Positions 50,280-57,751 of a stretch of DNA of 64,000 nucleotides are shown piece after piece. Source of the DNA: Candidatus Cloacimonadales bacterium (GTDB taxonomy: Bacteria > Cloacimonadota > Cloacimonadia > Cloacimonadales > JAFGVF01); NCBI GenBank assembly GCA_963662585.1, contig OY759729.1, positions 2,720,001 through 2,784,000 on the forward strand, read 5' to 3'. Within the stretch, counting starts at the first letter, position 1. Each line of letters starts with the position of its first letter. Made by a program: the position numbers and the translations under genes. A model generated the notes under the pieces. The model was not told the DNA's origin, ran no database searches, and saw only the letters and a list, made by a program, of their open reading frames with translations.

Positions 50280-52592
50280 TTATAGCTTTAGGTTATATTT
50301 ACTAATTCTTCTATGTAGAGCATAAGAAGTAATTCCGAGTAACTTTGCTGCTTCTGTTTTAACGAACTGAGTTTCTTTCATAGCTTTAAATATAGCTTCT
50401 TTTTCAAGTGCTTCTAGATTCAAAGTTCTTGAATTAGGTAAAATTATATTATTAGTTTTAATATCCAGATTTAAATTATAAACATCATCAGCTGTTATTT
50501 CATTTCTACTATTGAAAATAATTAATTTCTCAATAATATTCTTGAGTTCTCTAACATTTCCGGGATAGTTATAATCGCTTAGAAGCTTAAGAGCTGAGAT
50601 CGAAAGCTGAGGTTTTTTTATTTTTACTCTTATACTTATCTCTTCTAAAAAGGCATTTATCAAAATAGGAATATCATCTTTTCTTGCTCGAAGTGGAGGA
50701 ATATTTATTTCTAAAGTATTAATTCTGTTTAAAAAGTCTAATCTAATTTTGTTTTCTTTAACCTCTTTTTCAATATCTCTATTAGTAGCAGAAATAAGAC
50801 GGAAATCAACTGGGACTTGCTTACTAGAACCTAGTGGTGTAACTTTTTTATTCTCAAGAACTCGTAAGAGGGCTATTTGAATATCTTGTGGCATCTCGCC
50901 GATCTCGTCCATAAAAACAGTGCCTTTTTGGGCATATTCAAAATAACCTATGTGGTCAGCCACTGCTCCTGTAAAAGCTCCTTTTTTATGACCAAAGAGA
51001 GCAGAGTTTACTATTCCAGGTGAAAAAGAACCACTATTAACAGGGATAAAAGGATAGCTTTGTCTATTGCTAGAGTAATGAATTATGCGTGCTATGATAT
51101 CTTTACCTGTTCCAGATTCGCCTCTAATTAAGATACTGGCTTCACAATTGGTGGATGCAAGAAGAGCTTTACTTATCAATTTATGCATTGCAGGATCAGT
51201 ACCTAAGAGGTTGACGCCAATTTTAGCAGATAATTCTCGAGAAATTAAAGAGTCTTTGCCATGAAAGATAAAGTGTTTTCTACTTGAGTTTCCTACAAGA
51301 GTAAGTTCAGCTTTCCTTTTTTCTTCTCTCTCTTTACCCGTAATATTCTCTTGCAGTTTTTCCAATAACTCGAAGCAGGAATAGGCTTTTTTATAATCAC
51401 CTATTTTAGCATAACAAAAAGCTTGTTTTTTTAGGGTTTTTATTTTTAAGTGAATATTGTTTGTTGATTTTGCCAGATCAATCAACTTTTCTAAATAAGT
51501 TAAAGAACCCTGATAATTTTTCTGTTTCATATCTATTTCAGCAAACTTATCATAAATTGATTTTAAATTTCTATAATTTTTAAACTGATTGCCTAAATCA
51601 AGGGCTTTTTGCAATAGTTCAAGACCTTCATTTACTCTATTTGTTTTACTATATAAATCCCCTAAGCTTATATAGAGACTGAGAACTTGGTCGAGTGCTT
51701 TTACTTTCTGAGCAAACTCAAGAGATCTTTGAAATTTCTCTTCTGCAAGTTCATAATCTTTATAAGAAATTAGTAGGTTCCCTAAATTAGTCTGTACTGC
51801 ATAATAAAGTTCTGGGTCTCTCTGTAAAATCCACTCTCTATCTACACTTTCATAGAGTTTTTTTGCTTTATCCGTATTGTCAATAGATTTATAACACAGT
51901 GCTAAATTGTTGATTACAGCAATTCTATCAATATCTTGCTCTCTATCATATAAACTCAAACTATTTTCCAAATATTCTATTGCTTTTTCATAAAGATTCT
52001 TACTAATATATAAGCGTCCTATTGCGTTATAAGCAAGTTTTAAAGAATTAATAGAATTGTAACGAAGAGCAAAATCTAACCCCTCATAATAATAATATTC
52101 AGCCTTATCAAGATTTCCTATAACTTCATAGAGATAACCAAGATTAGTATATCTCCCCGGTAATTCATCAGGCTTACAGTATTTATTGGCAATATCTAAA
52201 GATTTTGATAAATAACTAACCCCAGTGTCTATATCTTGCTTTAACCACATTAAATAACCAAAATAATCATAAATATTTGCTAGATAAAAATAATCTGTAA
52301 GATACTTTTCATTGGCCAAGAATACTGCTAGGTATTGATTAAACCAGTCTAGATTATTAGAAGCTCGAACAAACCTAAAAAATAATTCAAAGTTAGCACT
52401 AATTATTGCTCTTATATCTTTACTAGGTTTTTTTTCAAATTTTAAAAACTCATCCCATTTCATCATAAATTGTTGGAAATACTTGTCTATTTCCATGTTT
52501 TTTTCTTCAAAACATTTAGTAAAGATTTCCTTAAATATCTCAAACTGCTCTAGCCTACTTGCACCTTTAACTTTACCTAATAATTCATCCAT
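50280..52592 (-). CDS. TPR-repeat sigma54-dependent transcriptional activator
   Basis: Many TPRs (YTNLG.LY, AYNAIG, INNLA); GESGTGKD, LFGHKKGAFTGA, YPGNVRELKN, HTH. Confidence 0.88.
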   Translation of the reverse strand: MDELLGKVKGASRLEQFEIFKEIFTKCFEEKNMEIDKYFQQFMMKWDEFLKFEKKPSKDIRAIISANFELFFRFVRASNNLDWFNQYLAVFLANEKYLTDYFYLANIYDYFGYLMWLKQDIDTGVSYLSKSLDIANKYCKPDELPGRYTNLGYLYEVIGNLDKAEYYYYEGLDFALRYNSINSLKLAYNAIGRLYISKNLYEKAIEYLENSLSLYDREQDIDRIAVINNLALCYKSIDNTDKAKKLYESVDREWILQRDPELYYAVQTNLGNLLISYKDYELAEEKFQRSLEFAQKVKALDQVLSLYISLGDLYSKTNRVNEGLELLQKALDLGNQFKNYRNLKSIYDKFAEIDMKQKNYQGSLTYLEKLIDLAKSTNNIHLKIKTLKKQAFCYAKIGDYKKAYSCFELLEKLQENITGKEREEKRKAELTLVGNSSRKHFIFHGKDSLISRELSAKIGVNLLGTDPAMHKLISKALLASTNCEASILIRGESGTGKDIIARIIHYSSNRQSYPFIPVNSGSFSPGIVNSALFGHKKGAFTGAVADHIGYFEYAQKGTVFMDEIGEMPQDIQIALLRVLENKKVTPLGSSKQVPVDFRLISATNRDIEKEVKENKIRLDFLNRINTLEINIPPLRARKDDIPILINAFLEEISIRVKIKKPQLSISALKLLSDYNYPGNVRELKNIIEKLIIFNSRNEITADDVYNLNLDIKTNNIILPNSRTLNLEALEKEAIFKAMKETQFVKTEAAKLLGITSYALHRRISKYNLKL

Positions 52593-52606
52593 AACAACTC
52601 CTTCGA

Positions 52607-52767
52607 TATCGCACTCATTGCGATAATGAACTGCGAAAACGCACTAACTCGTCAAGTTAATTTTTTATTGAAATAAATTATTGTTATTGCTTTTAGTCTA
52701 ATTTACTGCCCTATAAGAGATTACAACTATTATAAATAATAATATTATTTGTGGCTCTATTACTGCT
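52607..52767 (+). promoter_or_regulatory. putative sigma54 promoter with upstream palindromes, divergent from the activator gene
   Basis: TGGCTCTATTACTGCT at 52752-52767 (GG-N10-GC); TATCGCA-N5-TGCGATA at 52607-52625; TGCG-AAAA-CGCA at 52632-52643. Confidence 0.5.
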
Positions 52768-52818
52768 ATTATATATAATAGTTATTTTTAATGTTAATGT
52801 TTTGCAAAAAGGAAAAGA

Positions 52819-53007
52819 GTGAAAAAGCTATAATAATTTCTAGTTTTTTTTATCTCAATTTTGGTAATTGAAAATGAAAAATTGGTTCTAACTACATTTC
52901 TGAATGGATCGAGTACAGAGGGTGCTCCATATTTATTTGGAGATTATGCAGATTTATTAATATCATCTACTGATTCTAGTTAGTGGAGAAGAGGAATTTT
53001 TTTGTAA
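52819..53007 (+). pseudogene. decayed 5' remnant of a secreted GLUG-type protein
   Basis: Frame from GTG 52819 reads VKKL**FLVFFISILV...NGSSTEGAPYLFGDYADLLISSTDSS*W. This resembles GSGTFEDPYLIENLSNLKYLS of the 27608 protein. Confidence 0.5.
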
Positions 53008-53232
53008 AAATGTCTTCTCCAGCAGCTCTAATTGCTTAAAAATAGTTAAAATAAAATAGTTCAACACAATAAAAAAACTCCAAATGCAAAAAGCTCCGGT
53101 CTCCTTTGGAGCTTTTTGCTCTTTATGGAATGGAACTTATCTTTCCTGGTGGCAGGGACGCCCCCAGTCCATAGGTCCCTGCTTTTATTTAATCCTTTTT
53201 GGGATTGAAGATATATCATTGCCTTGCAATGA

Positions 53233-53368
53233 TGCGGGCTGGAAGCCCACATTCCCAGTTAGTGCGGGCTGGAAGCCCACATTCCCAGTTAGTGCGGGCT
53301 GGAATCCCACATTCCCAGTTAGTTCGGGCTGGAATCCCACATTCCCAGTTAGTTCGGGCTGGAATCCC
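53233..53368. repeat. 30-bp tandem hairpin repeat (left part, 4.5 units)
   Basis: T(G/T)CGGGCTGGAA(G/T)CCCACATTCCCAGTTAG at 53233, 53263, 53293, 53323, 53353. Confidence 0.9.
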
Positions 53369-55086
53369 AGACTGTGTGAAATCACTTTTTGATTTAAGGG
53401 AGTTTTGATAAACTTAAATCTGGATTTTTTGTTCATTTCGAGTATCAGGCTAATTTAGCACTCGAAAAGGCAATATTTATTGCTATTCTTAGCAAAAGTA
53501 CTATGTTTTTGACAAAATAGACAGCTTTGGACGAACCTCTCCTAAAAAAGGCATTTATGGAGTCCATCATTTTATTAAATCCGAGAATGTTAAATACTCT
53601 TTTAATATTATATGCCAGTGCAGTAAACATAAACTCACCACGAACAGATTCTAAGCCTTTCGTTAAAAATCTACCCTGATTCATATCCCTTTTTATTGTT
53701 CCAAAAGGATGCTCAACAATACATTTTCGTTGACTTAGTATATTCTTACTTACCTTATTAATTTCAAGTTGTTTCTCCACATATTCATAATAAGGATTCA
53801 ATGTAAATGTTCTATATTGTTGCTTATTGTCATTAGTACAAGCTTTTAAATCTGGACAACCTTTGCATGTTTTGCGACTACCATATTCATGACCTCTATC
53901 AGCATTTCTCTTTCTACTAGCGATTAATGTTCTATTGTTAGGACAAATAACACAATCATTAATTTTATCATATTTAAACTTAGAGGTTGCGAATGGAGTA
54001 CCTTTCATTTTCTCTGAATCTTGCATAGTTACATATGTTTTAATACCATCTTCATTACATTTTTTTATCTCTCTACCAAAACCATAACCCTTATCAGCGA
54101 CAACTGAAAATTCTGACAAATTATAGGCTTCTTTGGTTAATGAAGACATCCTGTAAAGTTGCTTCGCATCTGTATTATCACTACAGGCATCAACCATTAA
54201 CAATAAATTGTTTTTAGAGTCTGTTACGCTTTGGCAATTATACGATACATCTCTCTTGCTTCCATCTTTTTGCATCATTCGACTATCTGGATCTGTATAT
54301 GAAATTTGTGTTAAACCCTTATCCTTTAACTCTTGTTTTAAGTTTAAATAAAACTCTTCTTTTTCTTTTAATTTTTCAATACTTTCTAAATGTTGCTCAT
54401 TTTTATCATTTTTTGATTCTTGTTCTTTGTCATTAGTCGAATATTGTTCATTAAATGTATCAAATTTAGCTTCTATTTTCTTCAAAATTGTGTTTATTTT
54501 GTTTATTGATATATTTTTAGAATTATGGTTAACTGCATCAATAAAAGTACCATCTATAGCTAATAATTCAAAGTCAATTAAATTCATATATACCGAGTAT
54601 TTATTGAATTCCATAAATACGGATTTAATATTTTTTACATTGTTTTTTCTGAAATCAGCTATTGTTTTAAAATCAGGTTTTAGTTCTTTCATTAGCCATA
54701 TAAATGGAATATTTTCGTGAGTAGCTAACTCTAATTTTCGACTTGATACAATTCCTCTAAGATATCCATAGACATACAATTTTAACATGAATTTAGGATT
54801 ATAAGCTTTTCTACCAACTCGTTTTGGTTTTGTGTAGGTAAAATTAAACTTCTCTAGATCGAGCCCGTCTATAAAGTGATCTAGTACTCTTACAAGGTGA
54901 TTTTCTCCTATTAAAGAATCATAGGTTAAAAACTGAATTTGATGTCTGTCTTTGCCTTGTTTATAGTCCATAATATTTCTCCTATATTTATGTTTCCAAT
55001 ATAAATATAATGTTCTGTTTGTCAAGAAAATAAATACATTAATTAAACATTTATACATGTTGACATATCTATTTTCACACAGTCTG
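53368..55086 (-). mobile_element. IS1182-family insertion sequence
   Basis: TIRs CAGACTGTGTGAAA / TTTCACACAGTCTG; flanking TCC(C) duplication; encodes the transposase below. Confidence 0.88.
53445..54971 (-). CDS. IS1182-family transposase
   Basis: GR.AY.P..MLKLY.YGY..GI.SSR.LE, PDFKTIADFR, AIDGT, S.TDPDSR.M, ADKGY, VEHPFGTIK, LAYN.KR; start moved to ATG 54971. Confidence 0.93.
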   Translation of the reverse strand: MDYKQGKDRHQIQFLTYDSLIGENHLVRVLDHFIDGLDLEKFNFTYTKPKRVGRKAYNPKFMLKLYVYGYLRGIVSSRKLELATHENIPFIWLMKELKPDFKTIADFRKNNVKNIKSVFMEFNKYSVYMNLIDFELLAIDGTFIDAVNHNSKNISINKINTILKKIEAKFDTFNEQYSTNDKEQESKNDKNEQHLESIEKLKEKEEFYLNLKQELKDKGLTQISYTDPDSRMMQKDGSKRDVSYNCQSVTDSKNNLLLMVDACSDNTDAKQLYRMSSLTKEAYNLSEFSVVADKGYGFGREIKKCNEDGIKTYVTMQDSEKMKGTPFATSKFKYDKINDCVICPNNRTLIASRKRNADRGHEYGSRKTCKGCPDLKACTNDNKQQYRTFTLNPYYEYVEKQLEINKVSKNILSQRKCIVEHPFGTIKRDMNQGRFLTKGLESVRGEFMFTALAYNIKRVFNILGFNKMMDSINAFFRRGSSKAVYFVKNIVLLLRIAINIAFSSAKLA

Positions 55087-55134
55087 TCCCGCTTTCCCAG
55101 TTAGTTCGGGCTGGAATCCCATTTTCCCAGTTAG
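55087..55134. repeat. 30-bp tandem hairpin repeat (right part, resumes after IS1182)
   Basis: TCCCGCTTTCCCAGTTAG TTCGGGCTGGAATCCCATTTTCCCAGTTAG. Confidence 0.85.
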
Positions 55135-55150
55135 AATGTGTCTTTGCATT

Positions 55151-56206
55151 CTACATATCTATCTGGATTTTCATCCCACCATAAATTTTCTTTCCTTCAT
55201 TGACACCACTGAAATCTTTCATATTATCCATCAAGCCAATTTCAGGAACTAAGAAAGCATTTTTAGAAATATTTATTTTCCTTTGTATGAAGGCACTCAT
55301 AGCAGTATCATCATCAGACCAAAGTGAATTAGATGTTTGAAGATAGCTGACACCTGTAGTTAAAAGTTTGGAACTAACAATAAAAACACCACCTAAAGTC
55401 TGTGTGTCCTCGAAAGTTTTATTGACTGCATCATATACTATGGAAGACTGTGTTATTGTGTATATGCCATAGTTTTTTGCATTCATACCATAACTAATTT
55501 GTGCAAGAAGATTAAGCATTCCAAGGTCATATTTCCCTGTCAAAGTTACTGCATAGGCAAGAATCAAGTCATCAAGATTATCAGAGTTAAAATTCTTATT
55601 ATATTTATTTATATTAACACCTACAGAAGTAGAGAAATAGATTTTAGGATCAGTATATTCATAACTTAGGTTAATCTTGGGGATAAGACTCTTTAAGCCT
55701 CCATGATTAGTAACATCGACTTCTTTAGGAGTTAAAATCATGGCATTGAATCTATCTTTGAAAGTGAACTTGACCATTGGTAATCTTCCATCGTAGAATA
55801 ATCCGTAATTGATAAAATTAAGATCATCGGCATAAACCTGGTCTCCATAGGCTGTAAATCCCGAATAATTTTGTCCGATAGTTATCGACATATCATCTTT
55901 TGTTATTTTTCCATAAAGTAGCCTTAAGTTAACTTGTGAAGGAGAAATACCAAGTTCGAGTTTACCACTTACATCATTGCTTGTAAAGATAGCTCCCAGG
56001 CGACTGTTTCCTTGCATTGCATAGTTAAATGCCAGATTGCTTTCGTTTATACCTATTTCAGGTGGATAAGAATTCCAATCATTGTCTGTGCTCTCATACC
56101 ATGATGATAAACGAGCTGATCCATAGAAGCTTGCTTCTGCCCTCAAGAGGGTTACTGCACCTAACATAATAACTGTAATAAAACAACTTAGTAGTACTTT
56201 TTTCAT
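55151..56206 (-). CDS. probable outer-membrane porin
   Basis: Signal peptide; FYGSAR, NSRLG, LRLLYG, IGQ.Y porin-like strands; terminal amphipathic strand. Confidence 0.65.
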   Translation of the reverse strand: MKKVLLSCFITVIMLGAVTLLRAEASFYGSARLSSWYESTDNDWNSYPPEIGINESNLAFNYAMQGNSRLGAIFTSNDVSGKLELGISPSQVNLRLLYGKITKDDMSITIGQNYSGFTAYGDQVYADDLNFINYGLFYDGRLPMVKFTFKDRFNAMILTPKEVDVTNHGGLKSLIPKINLSYEYTDPKIYFSTSVGVNINKYNKNFNSDNLDDLILAYAVTLTGKYDLGMLNLLAQISYGMNAKNYGIYTITQSSIVYDAVNKTFEDTQTLGGVFIVSSKLLTTGVSYLQTSNSLWSDDDTAMSAFIQRKINISKNAFLVPEIGLMDNMKDFSGVNEGKKIYGGMKIQIDM

Positions 56207-56336
56207 TTTTGTATCCTTTGTAATTATTTAATAGGGTTTTATTAGACTGCAAATTTTGTAGCCTAATCATTATAACTAAATTTCCATTGTAGATTCAGAG
56301 CTCTAAGTCCCCCTGATAAATCTAAGTAAAAGTTCT

Positions 56337-56553
56337 TTATACCATTTTTTTCTTAATATATGGTACAAAAAGTAATGCTATAACTGTACAGATAGAAGCA
56401 ATTAAGAGATAGACATTAAAAACAGGGCTATATATTCCCAATATTGCTTCTTGATCAGAAATCATGTCTTTAGGAACTGTGGCTATTCCAGCAAGAAGAC
56501 CAGCTATTTTTCCACCTAGACCAATTGTCAATAAAAATATTCTCATCATCATC
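56337..56553 (-). pseudogene. C-terminal fragment of a POT/DtpA-like peptide MFS transporter
   Basis: MM...FL....G.KIAG.LA..A.VP.......L.IYS.VF resembles the last two TMs of proton-dependent oligopeptide transporters; cut off at the dispersed element starting at 56554. Confidence 0.55.
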
Positions 56554-56720
56554 TGTCCAGTCCTGAATAATTTTTACCGATTTTTTTAGCAATTATTATT
56601 TTCACTATTAAAGCCTGTGAGTTTACGCTAATGCTTCCCCTTCATAAGAAAGGGTTACACGAATCTTGGTGTGCCTTACCCAGTGTCAATTTATCTTTGA
56701 AAAATGAGACCCTAGGCTAT
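56554..56720 (-). repeat. third, degraded copy of the ~188-bp dispersed element
   Basis: TGTCCAGTCCTGAATAATTTTTACCGATTTTTTTTAGCAATTATTATTTTC.. matches 62197 onward. Confidence 0.7.
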
Positions 56721-57052
56721 CCGAGACTGTTCAAATTATCATATTAAGTATATTTCACTGTCATTCTTCATAATGAAAAAGGAAGATAGATTATATTAAC
56801 TTTTTTAATAAATCCCTTAATGTTAGTAAATTTCTTTTTGCTTAGATTAGTCAATTACAGGGGCTTATTTCATAAAAAAGCATAAATTTTACATTATTAT
56901 AGTTTTTTGGGAAAGAATTTTAAACCGATTTTATAATAAAACAAGTTATTCTACAAATTATTTTGTAATAAAATTGTATTCTTAAAACAATGTATAACAT
57001 CTATTTAAGAAATAGAATAAAATGTCATATAAAAATATATCAAAAAAAAATC

Positions 57053-57080
57053 TTGACAGATTTACAGCTTTCTATAAGTT
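57053..57080 (+). promoter_or_regulatory. sigma70-like promoter upstream of the RNA array
   Basis: TTGACA at 57053-57058, 16-bp spacer, TAAGTT at 57075-57080; A-tract immediately upstream. Confidence 0.55.
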
Positions 57081-57165
57081 GGAAATCGAATGATGACTAA
57101 ATCATCAAAAGATATTTAAAAAGTTAATAGAGTGAGCAAGAGTGAAACATAAGAAATAATATTTT

Positions 57166-57273
57166 TATGAGTGCTAGGGTTAAAGAAGTCAGCTTCTTAA
57201 TCTCAGTATAAACTCTGTATTGATAAATATCAAGTAAATCAGAACTTCTTTGTAGAATAACTTAGCACTCATA
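57166..57273 (+). ncRNA. structured RNA-like unit 1 of 4
   Basis: Outer stem TATGAGTGCTA/TAGCACTCATA; GTT/AAC; inner stem AAAGAAGT/ACTTCTTT; CAGC; GTAGAAT bulge. Confidence 0.7.
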
Positions 57274-57287
57274 TTTTTATAGATTAT

Positions 57288-57429
57288 TAAAGAAAAATAG
57301 GGTTAAAGAAAACAGCAAAATTAAAACCAAACATACACATCGATTGTAGTTTCCAGATGAATCTTATTAAGCAATTAATTTAAAGCTTCATCGAGAGTTA
57401 TTCTTTGTAAAAGTACCTATTTTTCTTTA
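57288..57429 (+). ncRNA. structured RNA-like unit 2 of 4
   Basis: Outer stem TAAAGAAAAATAGG/CCTATTTTTCTTTA; inner stem AAAGAA-AAC/GTT-A-TTCTTT; CAGC; GTAAAAG bulge; GCAA-capped internal hairpin. Confidence 0.65.
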
Positions 57430-57517
57430 TATTTTTTAATTTACTGTATACATATCAATAACCTCAACTGAAAAAATCTTGTATTAAAAACTCCTGTCAT
57501 TGTTAATCAAGCTTAAA

Positions 57518-57608
57518 AAAAACTAAGGTTGAAGAAGTCAGCATCTTAAACTTTCATATTCAAGTTCTGACCAAAATCAGATCTTCTTCGTAGAATAACT
57601 TAGCTTTT
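57518..57608 (+). ncRNA. structured RNA-like unit 3 of 4
   Basis: Outer stem CTAAG(G)TT/AACTTAG; inner stem GAAGAAG/CTTCTTC (compensatory relative to unit 1); CAGC; GTAGAAT bulge. Confidence 0.7.
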
Positions 57609-57616
57609 CCCTCTTA

Positions 57617-57703
57617 GGGGAAAGGGTTAAAGAAATCAGCAAGTAAAATCTAATAGCAATTCGATCTATATTAAAGAATTTCTTTGTAGAATAACCTTTC
57701 TCC
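57617..57703 (+). ncRNA. structured RNA-like unit 4 of 4
   Basis: Outer stem GGGGAAAGG(G)TT/AACCTTTCTCC; inner stem AAAGAAAT/ATTTCTTT (compensatory); CAGC; GTAGAAT bulge. Confidence 0.7.
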
Positions 57704-57751
57704 AATTTTATGAAAAAGACAAAAGATAACTTAAAGCCACAAGGAGGCTTC

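Noticed and set aside
53233..53368. 30-bp periodic repeat as a CRISPR array
   Set aside because: Units are head-to-tail with no unique spacers and there are no cas genes. The overlapping short ORFs (53061-53436) just translate the repeat.
57166..57703. RNA array as CRISPR, tRNA cluster, attC cassettes or simple terminators
   Set aside because: Conserved parts are two separate pairing halves, not one direct repeat. There is no cloverleaf, no integron integrase and no genes between units. Invariant unpaired motifs (CAGC, GTAGAAT) are not expected of terminators, although units 1-3 are followed by or end in T-rich tracts.
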